Positions 42,801-47,518 of a stretch of 64,000 nt of DNA are shown piece after piece (positions within the stretch are counted from its first letter, which is position 1; every line of letters starts with the position of its first letter). The position numbers were made by a program, and so were the translations under genes. The stretch spans positions 62,001 through 126,000 of the forward strand of contig OZ025672.1 of assembly GCA_964019335.1 (NCBI GenBank), in the 5' to 3' direction. The notes below the pieces were generated by a model. That model did no database searches. It was not told the DNA's origin and worked only from the letters and a program-made list of their open reading frames with translations. The stretch comes from Diplonema japonicum. Its lineage: Eukaryota > Protista > Euglenozoa: Diplonemea.

Positions 42801-43354
42801 AAGGTCTTTGCCGCAAGGGCGTAGTCTTTAATACAGCATTCAAGTGCAGGATAGAGAGGCAGGCCTGCTGAAAGCAGCTGAGCATGTTGCGCGGATAGAT
42901 GAACAGGCTCTGCATGAAACAGCGACCACATGCACTTGAAATACATATTAAAGACACGGAGCCCCAACATTACAGACTGGCTGGATTGGACGAAAACGGC
43001 ATTCTCATGAACGATATTGACGGCGAAGGTTTGCAGGGTGTCATCGAAGATGCCTCCGTCGCACTTCACAGTCCATGACATTGCCACTGGGTCATTGGAC
43101 GGGAGCTCGAACGTGCTGTGCCAGCAGTTCGAAAACTCATTCAACTGAAGCTGTGGAACCTTAACAGCCAGCTCTGGGGTAAAGTTTACCACCAAGGGCC
43201 CCGTCACATGATCGAACCCTTCGTTGGCAACATACACCGTCACCCTCTTGTTGCTGTCATTTTGCTTTGCGGCATGAATGAGCGACGTGTTTGCAGTCGC
43301 ACTCCTGCAGTGCGCCAGCAGCTTCCAGTCTTCCTGCTCAATAGGATCACCCAT
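27824..43354 (-). CDS. RNF213/mysterin-like giant AAA+ ATPase with RZ finger and NHL repeats (~5176 aa)
   Basis: RNF213-family motifs in order: SAGAGKT, MGECGCGKT, FLDEVNT, LVYRVHPIP, VGKPGSSKT, LLDEVGLAEHSPDMPLKVLH, SNWTLDAAKMNR, RDYY, LYDVLNQRY, PLLNRFEK, then RZ finger YRCPQGHLYSIGECGGPM..C..C..RIGGTNH. ATG 43354 preferred because the track start overlaps the upstream gene. Confidence 0.93.
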   Translation of the reverse strand: MGDPIEQEDWKLLAHCRSATANTSLIHAAKQNDSNKRVTVYVANEGFDHVTGPLVVNFTPELAVKVPQLQLNEFSNCWHSTFELPSNDPVAMSWTVKCDGGIFDDTLQTFAVNIVHENAVFVQSSQSVMLGLRVFNMYFKCMWSLFHAEPVHLSAQHAQLLSAGLPLYPALECCIKDYALAAKTFIPKGDEDLLLVLLGHVGQYLELSEEFNRGNVADVLWKLLECSFSTERLEQFGASPASFFTKRLVKWLYEFDRCAPVSSFRYTTLTDILGLLGDEDILESDFGKPLKNFALQKNHLPDFKVPAAVKDQSEASKGVDQAAHVAWGNLERSETLQEREVTWEKSVKSAEATLHRLFVARKVVLDERAWVRGMVTGAQHAATESGVPGWGVLKRCQQASLEILSGIDDSVTKLEMQDLYSTAKELAKRGRETREETKALVELYGPYIGHNHGQSFGITTVAGFHRAPKLASIDGPLMFKKDPYASLMPSSSVTMENGTIIFTEPSTNKIRCLNTRQQTLVTLLGANGSGFVDGQIDEARLRGPNALVKISETEILVSDAGNACLRVMRFKDSGWSISLAAGQPGVRGNKDGVLKTAAFTSIRSITTVEYRGQTTYYIADGSCIRRIVAGLKSGKVETVTTGASVPCDGPCKSAKTVEVRCLWYEPSIEMLFFIDRHALRGVDINTKGTLGRVRTIFGNVNKSAPTKNPKSGFDTPCGLAFTRVPRETPLEPDVKAREEFMKAVEKSDPKNLAVLMGQYDAKDKMHRTMQSVLIVSDTNNNCIRAVYNMGKRSHTFESVETQIILGRGNSTHAWKDGMGSVSQLCVPGSIMPNQDGSFILCEQFRMRLIAPPFTLRQANSVYTDNQQTIEELADKITLLSKNNNIHSAGIIDAVRTSRLTLLKGRNDSEEASYKQYAEFVMDENLPHILTLIAAAPSVHCLRWIITNALARKVVSLDLDRTPSVSHDTKDNDLPYNLSSLPQKPLGLLDAIEASISRVRWLPSEDEQRAVLQELIRFTEDVPDVFGPVALEKLLQAQGFRVRPCKELLTLVQTALSLHTADFKLEPQEQDALNVWLVAAIPKEMENEKMSNEKVLRGTLRLWIEYYENSECEELKHVAAAMQRWTLGLSTQSKSQRQGFLQSVGVGLSRFIEPHDESMEPHAIPEALMENIIITGKEAMTELDFDDTFVELTDCNAAEPRDWFTVDDRAVQYALMGAKINMLECLGKESEVGELLKFNNVWKQLLPWYTKIVRSPGTFTSGENWEALSSMCKAVGNKFNVGASNLLTNALPTTVVTNIIKHKENVVSIWKAIGIAHGDDSIEHARSLLSSLNAEGECFEDVAHALLEENDLSNFISDIRQRWGALPVRDIMYVFRKETVHTVEGMQQLPPVFMRASRWLHEQCGSGVFHFVWNSIKEADIDTKIAQARARLLELYDKIDNKTMSFTDFMQFTEMVTPESHVSLATTGGTWNESQALRKFCLVCRELQEEVDVTNYPATGRRLNNNFFSQLTETVLMFRRMQRLQGSSGEILRNVDYLSALVRPSGQATVDAERQNLGTLIEEVSKFDYDKLTLQNLTSMTHTLGQIDDRILDISCELLEALNQNGPFLEWLSDHASNQNFASSIEMAMGRPEMECPPELWVAEETGPGHPNESILSQLSGVRTSLHKLLYSAASFMRDTITQVVDCLGHLSLHTSVATAKAISELSPLQLALAELLSGDGDASALNRLHNLSLPSWQAEWVISGDVKASEVTMWLEYKVDRNGKVIDSKQTVGELLDYQSAVVLAKGRDDDVVHVQEFVAKFGWVRELCIEFLKLKRSGHPERQGFAARVPFSLASKDIHEEVKRAQKSLNEWSDLVEAMRMRYPLINTVMLRQLLRMSAEDSETGIEGLTLEIKNTLFPAGPLKDVTELLRETWSGDDAKTAAGFISKIDMMMTVAPLEWYTFPTREIDFTGLTSDSGVKLIVTDMVLPSVLSAYVRRGMLPEWHQLLWVTEDTTSEQICNLLLRWAMSEAAGYLFCLVGIEEMQETDYHKVTSLLLDLEPKAKNALLVVSSSRDNYVVRQLAHWREASAALPVEELQNVGVSVSQGEKKVTVYTAKSAGAGKTFQINTDAGTLKIVHVPLHKTCKTGNLITLIEANKKALSVKKDEAYVLHVDVADSVDESVTVILFELLVLGSLYDAEKGIRWFLDSNVNIAVETAPLAAQLPIFSFLNKKVSVVNKDTFKINSNEIKNGMRTNFTVARCDGTIYNSVMTTTSSTAYNRLVFVARIMSMVDETKKFNAGGSVSFQLKENTLGMISRAANLSEPVSLWAVWSFVDVVYWMAHSTFLSSSLFRDTPHQIRAEAFDFICRTAADFATRQRRVKGDDLMWLRSAEVSKGSDGSVLGTVKNYYKRCQFRSNGQPVFRMGSYLDPSYIHFLDDRWVMSNAIGSKIDITYMAKPGQSLLAPWELPHGTISIEFLTWDQLAKEKPDLAKSTEREDNMIPLTNEPLGDLKTWNEANHEALLTTTSRTGLHLLAVNVTALKKKMHPGLLSYFENSTLNVSIGANEKSPHEALSALTGIVRDAASAARLLGGTYCMTGDVVLKMLAVFVRVRCGVPILLMGECGCGKTHMLRYVCAWLEAELLILDVHGGTTEADILKVFSDANALITSKKAKGVYVFLDEVNTCQHMGLIAEVIVGRTLYGKIIHNNIHVLAAANPYRMRKHIDSAPGLAYKPPTRTDVAVDPLENLVYRVHPIPTRLQEFVFDFGSLSETVEAKYIKAMVAVYVHDKEGQQAISLMLMRAQSYVREVEGDPSVVSLRDLKRALKLSKWFAKYGSGKPVPGRHAWSSPAVLGIAHVFYFRLSSDEHREKLLDSLRHGMNKFEGFEHLFPCGAMAKIIKMTMSAICGKLAVEDGIAMNQALKENLYVTLICIFNRVPIFVVGKPGSSKTLTLQVLSNNLKGDQSTNKFWAKFPALHIFPYQCSPLSTAAGIRHQYDIACSFQKKAERTIVVLLLDEVGLAEHSPDMPLKVLHGILVDPPIGIVGLSNWTLDAAKMNRAICLQRPEPASDDIHLTGEYILGTAGEGMQRLLNQLSVAYHMVYTNQMGRDFVGMRDYYQTVKLLKRERALLFPRACIVPRMQMLTNCAVYKTRYITISDISKDSVFTVETETMSVYDLTASIESKMLVPFRIITEDALNDLCEKGPEMMDFVDRDTDLIGDLLHMREPGGKEGPISRQLMTYALLRNFGGSPTIVQNVCSSFGAKCFKEESALDSFIPSPSRLISANLNDTDARHLMVLTENGAALPLLFSMGLIDYENTEVLVGSTFEDDGHDLHLIQQVNKVKAAMASGKVVLLHNHDSIYESLYDVLNQRYVVRTVLETGREKRMLRLAIGSRSQLCPVKRGFRIIVVAEQQHAYDNLDLPLLNRFEKQVLNFDDCLNDAQRQKYVLLKEWALALCKETTLENPSNVFYGFIKSTLPSLVFSFPEESLEQLQKRLVHIAMPIAMMQSSTLREIHPEYIKERSGLNTLLKSVEGCDLLTLVTYSPLEQVREGTVEGRLLRLSDIGSEHRLTSLLDKFFDGENNMLIMQCDPMTTPQNTIDHAKRVAESYYVKWCKKRNDTEQKRVLFLIHTPPGAKKCTRHFTIDYSKNWSTYFIDDVSEADESSANMLYYSLIDLVEKEELDISATVLGKLNTTLSLLQEPSTGHVIPFVERTRFVRKLFERKEFLELVLGLIKKILKDKCTVGATGLQHHVDLAVGELSSGSLRASVNHVVEYLLIQITAHILRVINVDFNLFTLNAESETLWYELARTVLSEEVIVDMAPVDGMPKADETKNTGTVRVLKAQFPFSYRLIQMHEKAREPIMKQSSINYEGLAGMAEQLHGPTLVSQWNEWAGGSHTKYLADLVTSSARQFQGLEWTQVLALHTAVLKATNPAVLSNPLALHAALWVNEHRLFHMSSLLSSVKPDAQDKIIDIIDKTPHDEQQTVTVRETLKVMEVYINSMCRLKKLADWSHRIYPSLVLDCRALGGDIGNWPLVADFIKLVVLQSPLLVPVLDYYVPALFKLEHKVAELEKLIVGAPVKPENNVKDAFLVTFLRDYALPAGDAVHEDILRLACGLRPKLYSGSGPALEPIRRGLFHTLVAHDGLKQTMKQAETMPMGPKYSESLAVLILGYLEDIGDVDSEVTDADLEHLREPKTLSHDYLLSLATARNELRRFSIILHDVCTEQAAIVVEEGVKRPLPKHSPKLSLTSRKLLEIRECGLFVLSLLAKESGFSGVTEFLQIGRNYNWFVKFDRVYAENCSGDVQLPMIMPLVCSSRDQFVTLKAAVNTALKGGAPAKKRAGDMFNDTAILHDVKMAVLCETMIEGALRKDFSGREVVGAWLAEMGESPLASLLTYGGWGPTGRGWGTEGVEIRPFCWPPKALPMQLNSVYPLVCQVALLSQKVKGTFLNLAATHPRLLKTTFLPSMPISTEITAVMQGLNEYVTWYRCPQGHLYSIGECGGPMQIGVCSHPGCRARIGGTNHVSVSGNVRLGGFQDVKKNLSKMKSEPGYVPDSAIEVMRPGTNLSRITCCVLRVMFYSALVVGRMGDAKPAELHEKITPKYLAARLLSSYDGLRGAAPRMNASDMLLLAHVAIDRVGLLLQGLTAPFSNVTSMIKFEKAAEDVVAPLFQSPKPILESAYGIVGKGGREEIIRKVFNDSSVDAIFCSKGLWKTRPMVTVAHFKNFFESNSINATKHPLLAAVCENEQKLCIIRYLADILEWQQIIFKVLEGDDLSRLQAHEIPASAVLARVNATDRKKAAKALQGYCNVFNEAMPLLPNLHECQANPFLDSKGNVNLQGHAEGERVLLSPQSPISFSLPSMVPGEVDAPGLCTIQLAGLLHRTHNQVVEQLKDVLPEQGEVAIPTLSYETPPEVSRRLLIEYDTKRDLIPLLYKYKVDFDDGYLGYDMEGIENELMTTVFTGKMPLQLQVAHFEYHGEVRQRGGLAALANLDQVATLPTAVEESITKELNTQQQLSMLLRLVGDAIHFVAAVGNVLKADTALTGFFKDVMGLNEEEIAAKVTPAVVKYGKVAHLKAMFLLAESLMSGGGAFHRVNRKYTSNLDEEEEMEIRRSSGHLKYSHLAGALRELIVGPLSGPDVNFPETESLKDYISYQDMDVGGSEWFDKHFPEILQLRHAVATYELINKLAMKQ

Positions 43355-43419
43355 TTGTAAGGACAGAGCAACAGTGCCCGGCTGCACGAAAAGTTTTCTG
43401 TGGTGGTAGGTAATATGAT

Positions 43420-44382
43420 TCACACCAAACAAAAACAATACATCCAAAAACAGTTAATGACCACCGCGAAGGCGACCAAGGGGAAAAGTGGTACCAGGGC
43501 CGCGGAAGCAGCCCTGTAGCAAGGGGTGTCTTCAAAGTTGAAGCCGATACAGGACTTATTGTAATACACGCAACCATCAGGACACTGTAGACAAGCTTGG
43601 GCAGGGATGTCTACTTGACACGCTGCGCAGTCGTGCGCGGTGGCTGTGTCATCAACTATGACGAAGTCGAAGCTTGCATCTTGGAAGTTAGGCGGAGGGA
43701 GTGCACGCATGAAATCCTCACCTGCCGTGGGGCCCTTGTAGAACTTGGATGGGATCACAATATTATCACCGCATTGAAATGGATCCCACCCTGCGAGCAC
43801 TGGTGTGCTCGTCGTCACAGTGGCCTTTGTTTCAGGGTCGTACACAACCTGCTTCCCCCCGTCGCACGGGTTCTGCATTTTGATCCCGCACGCGTCGTAC
43901 TGCTTTCCTGCCGTGTTGTCGTCATCGTCCCAAAGCTTGTCACTAAACGACTTACAGACCCGCCATTTATACAAGGGGGACGAAGAAGTCCTATTCTCGA
44001 CAGGGGGGATTCCATTTCTCGGTGAGCCTTCCAGAACTTTGAACCTATACCGTGGCTCGTCAGGATCGCAAGACATGCAGTACCAGTGTCTGATGCTGTT
44101 GTATGTAATCTTTATGGAGTGCTTCGCGTGGGAGCAGGACAAACCCAAGTCCATGAGCGAGTTGAACTGGTCGTAGTTCTCCTGGTCGGAGGCGGGAATG
44201 CAACACGACTTCGAGTTATACCAATGACAGAACTCCAGCCCCATCGGTTCCTGTGGGATTGTTGTTGACGCGATGCATTCCTCTTCAGTGTACTCCTCAA
44301 TGTGCAGCTCGCCCTGCGTATGGACAAATCCTTGCTGCTGCCCAACAGCCGCTCCTAGTACCGTGGCTATGACCAGCGACAT
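43420..44382 (-). CDS. Folate-receptor/NPC1-N-like Cys-rich surface protein, probably GPI- or TM-anchored
   Basis: Signal from ATG 44382; FCHWYNSKSCC...C...WYCMSCDP...VCKSFSDKLW...C cysteine pattern; hydrophobic C-terminus. Confidence 0.75.
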   Translation of the reverse strand: MSLVIATVLGAAVGQQQGFVHTQGELHIEEYTEEECIASTTIPQEPMGLEFCHWYNSKSCCIPASDQENYDQFNSLMDLGLSCSHAKHSIKITYNSIRHWYCMSCDPDEPRYRFKVLEGSPRNGIPPVENRTSSSPLYKWRVCKSFSDKLWDDDDNTAGKQYDACGIKMQNPCDGGKQVVYDPETKATVTTSTPVLAGWDPFQCGDNIVIPSKFYKGPTAGEDFMRALPPPNFQDASFDFVIVDDTATAHDCAACQVDIPAQACLQCPDGCVYYNKSCIGFNFEDTPCYRAASAALVPLFPLVAFAVVINCFWMYCFCLV

Positions 44383-44515
44383 TCCGACCAGTCTTTGTGT
44401 GTTATTGATACCAAGGAAGAGAAAGGGCGAAATGAAGGGGAGAGGAGGGGGGGAGGGGAGGAAAAAAAACACAAATATCCGCATTAGGAAAACAAATTCA
44501 CGCTAATGCTCTTTA

Positions 44516-45053
44516 CTATTCCACCTTCCGCTTTGCTCCCTCGTCACGCTCGAATTCCTCTTTAATCCTCTTTATCTTCATCAGGATCTCCTGTAGCTTG
44601 GGGTATTTCTTCAGTATTTCGGCAGCCTTTCCGGGTTCTGTAGTAGGTTAAACAAGTTCTTTACATACCTCTGGCGATGGTTTGGAAGTGTGAGGCGATC
44701 TCCATGTCCTGCATGTCGTCGAGGAGGGAAGGGTCTTTCCGGGCGTAGGGGAGCATGGCTTGGACCTGCGCCTCATCGAAACCAGGAGTGCCTTTCAGTC
44801 TTTTGAGAAGCTTCTTGTCTTGGTAGTGGAAGTCGTGGTTTTGCTTTTCAGTCACTTCAGGCTCTTCGGGCTCCGGTTCTGGCTCAGGGTCATTGACTAG
44901 CACAAATCCTGTTTCTTCTAGCTCCTTCTGCATGTTGGCTTCCGCCTCTGCTGCCTGCTTGAACACTGCCTCCCTCGCAGCCTCCCTCGTTGTCGTCTCC
45001 CATCTCCTCGACTTCACCATCCCAGCCCGGAGTCCATACCGTAGCGCCTTCAT
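44516..45053 (-). CDS. Small STI1(DP)-like protein with probable mitochondrial presequence, 2 exons
   Basis: MKALRYGLRAGMVKSRRW leader. The 31-nt intron 44638-44668 completes DPSLLDDMQDMEIASHFQTIAREPGKAAEILKKYPKLQEILMKI. Confidence 0.7.
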
Positions 45054-45085
45054 ATTGTCACCCTCTTCTGTATTGTAAGTGTGAG

Positions 45086-46348
45086 TTACTGCGAGCCCCA
45101 CTTCTCTACCCGCCACCCACCATTCTCCTTGAGCTCCTTGACCCTCCCCTCCGTGAGGACCTCTTCCAAGGCACTTACGGTGTTTTTCATCATCAACGCC
45201 GGACCGCAGATGTACACAGCCGCAGGGGCAAAGGACACGATGTCTTCTTTGTCCTGCAGAAGCTTCTTCCAGATATACCCTTGAGAAGACAGGCACGGGC
45301 TGAAGCGCGCTGCCTGTTGCAAGGTATGTTGGTGAGGGATATCTTCTGCCGTCCTGCAGCCATGGTACACCCAAGCAGACGAGGGCGGCATGCCTCGCAG
45401 AACTCGCATGATGGGCGAAACACCAACACCAGCAGATATCAAAAGGCAGCGGTCAGCTGAGGTAGGGCTTCGAAAGGGAGTTAGGGGGATGTTGGGGGTA
45501 GGGCCCCCGAGGAATACGGTGTCGCCTTTCATGAGCTTCTTCAATGCACCTGAAGAGAGGCCTTGTCTTGAGGTGTTTACAAGGACCTCTCCCACGCTGC
45601 CGACTGCCGCATTGGAGAAGAACCTCGCTTTGAGCTGAGGGAGCGCTGATAAGAGCCTGCCCACAGGCGGGCATGCAGAGGGGTACTCTTCCAAGACATC
45701 CAAAAGGCTCACATGCTTTCCGGATGAACAGTATTTCTGACGGTACTCGCTGAGACCTGCTGAGGAGGCAAGGTGCTTAAGGGCAGTAGCCTCGTCGGGA
45801 GAAGCAAAAGCCGCAAGGATGTGCAGGACAGGCTGTCTGACAGAAGCACGCGAGGATAAGTCCGAAAAATACATTAAAATGGTCACCAATGACAAAGGTG
45901 TGTTTTGCGGTATCCAATAAGGATAGGTGGGTGCGTCTGCACCGTCGGAGAAGGTACTGGGCAGCACCTTGATAGTCCTGTCTGTGTAGTTCAGCCTCGT
46001 CATGAGGCGTGACACGACTTCGGGTGGGTTTGGGGTAAAGATGCTGATATGATCTTGCAGGGTGCTCTCCAACATGATGCTCTTCAAGCAACCAAACTGT
46101 GTTATTTCGCAGACCGATACACTTGCAAGTCCTAGGACTCCCAAGGCGCACTCTCCCTCCTCTTCGACACCCACTACTTTCACACAATTCTGTGGCATCT
46201 CAAAAGGCCCAGCGGTTTTGGCGATTCCTCTCTCTTGTACTTCTTCCTTGAAGCCTTCCTCTTCCACCTGTTCATAGTACGTGTCCCAAACACACTTCAG
46301 GCACCCGCTCCCGCAGCAGTCCGCCTCCTTGGGGGGCTCTTTGACCAT
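45086..46348 (-). CDS. CCGSGC oxidoreductase-like domain fused to a CPR/MTRR-type FAD- and NADPH-binding reductase
   Basis: PPKEADCCGSGCLKCVWDTY; LPQLKARFFS, GLSSG, LISAGVGVSP, YHGCR, VYICGP, EKWG. Confidence 0.85.
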   Translation of the reverse strand: MVKEPPKEADCCGSGCLKCVWDTYYEQVEEEGFKEEVQERGIAKTAGPFEMPQNCVKVVGVEEEGECALGVLGLASVSVCEITQFGCLKSIMLESTLQDHISIFTPNPPEVVSRLMTRLNYTDRTIKVLPSTFSDGADAPTYPYWIPQNTPLSLVTILMYFSDLSSRASVRQPVLHILAAFASPDEATALKHLASSAGLSEYRQKYCSSGKHVSLLDVLEEYPSACPPVGRLLSALPQLKARFFSNAAVGSVGEVLVNTSRQGLSSGALKKLMKGDTVFLGGPTPNIPLTPFRSPTSADRCLLISAGVGVSPIMRVLRGMPPSSAWVYHGCRTAEDIPHQHTLQQAARFSPCLSSQGYIWKKLLQDKEDIVSFAPAAVYICGPALMMKNTVSALEEVLTEGRVKELKENGGWRVEKWGSQ

Positions 46349-46764
46349 TGACGCAATGAAGAATCACGAAAATCCACAAAAAAAAAAAAGCTGAGTGAGG
46401 CAAAAAAAAAAAAAAAAAAACTCAATGAAAATAAACAATCCCACTTCAATGAAAAAAAGAAAAATGGGGAAAAAAAAAACACACACAATTTGTAACGAAA
46501 AGGCAGCGTTACAGCCCTATGCGGTGTCATTGCGACACTTCACCCACCAATACCTAAAACGAAAAAGGAAAAAAGGGAAAAAAGCTCCTCAATTCATTGT
46601 TCATGGGTACTAGACCATTCTTGCCTCATCAAGAAAGCTTTCCGCAATGCTCAGATCCTGTTCGAGATAGGTTCTCCACGATCTTTCGTTTTATTATTAT
46701 TTTTGTTCCATTCTTGCATGCAAGGGGAGGGTAGGCTTATTTACATTTCTACTGAGAATGCTCT

Positions 46765-47412
46765 CTATCTGACACCGACGATAGACTGTTGTGAGTTATG
46801 CTGTGAAAGAAGAGCAAGAATAGAACGGAAGGTGAGTTGTTGGTCCTTCGTCTTTGAGTGGAGAGCGGAGGTGTGGCAGAGGTGGAAGGGGTCGTTGAGG
46901 GTGGTTGAAGCGCCGTGAGAGACAAGGAGGCGAGTGAGGTCTAAGTTCGCCGCAATTATTGTGGAGCAAAGAGGAGTCGTGCCAGTCGAATCAATGTCGT
47001 TTATGATAGAAGACCTTGTGAACTGGAGGAGGTACCGCACGATCTCTATCTCACTACGCCTGCACGCGAGGCATAAAACGCTCCCAGCCTTTAACCTTCC
47101 TTTTGCCTTAACATCAGCCCCTGCTTCACACAGCAGCTTCACCACATCCAAGTACCCTCCCCACACAGCCCTGTGCAGCGCTGTGAAGCCTTCTACGTCG
47201 CCTACGTCAGGTTGTGCACCCTTTGCCAAGAGCAGACCGACCACCCCCGCATTCCCCCTCCCGGCAGCCAAATTCAACAGCGAACACCCATAGTCAGGGT
47301 CACAGTGATTCACATTTGACGCGGATAATAACCTCCCTACCTCTTCTACGTCGCCGTCCTCCGCAGCCCACTGCAACAGCTGCACCCTCGATGCCGGTAC
47401 CCCTTCTAACAT
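46765..47412 (-). CDS. Ankyrin-repeat protein (3' end uncertain)
   Basis: GFTALHRAVWGGYLDVVKLL, GTTPLC and related repeats. Confidence 0.85.
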   Translation of the reverse strand: MLEGVPASRVQLLQWAAEDGDVEEVGRLLSASNVNHCDPDYGCSLLNLAAGRGNAGVVGLLLAKGAQPDVGDVEGFTALHRAVWGGYLDVVKLLCEAGADVKAKGRLKAGSVLCLACRRSEIEIVRYLLQFTRSSIINDIDSTGTTPLCSTIIAANLDLTRLLVSHGASTTLNDPFHLCHTSALHSKTKDQQLTFRSILALLSQHNSQQSIVGVR

Positions 47413-47518
47413 CTAACGGGACACCAGCCTGAAAGGTTAAGTAAGTTGTGCGCGGAAAGAAAAAAAAAAGGGGGGTGGGGGGCTTACTGTTAAATATATT
47501 CTTTTTTAAAACTCGAAC

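Noticed and set aside
27824-43447. Track length 5207 aa equals that of human RNF213, raising possible contamination
   Set aside because: Coincidence: the sequence is highly divergent, intronless, has NHL repeats, and probably starts at 43354.
44661-45374. 237-aa ORF overlapping the reductase gene
   Set aside because: Only the part from ATG 45053 is credible; the upstream part is an alternate frame of the reductase.
4299-47412. A co-regulated ubiquitin/immunity operon
   Set aside because: The genes are interspersed with unrelated housekeeping genes, and directional clusters are generally not functional operons.
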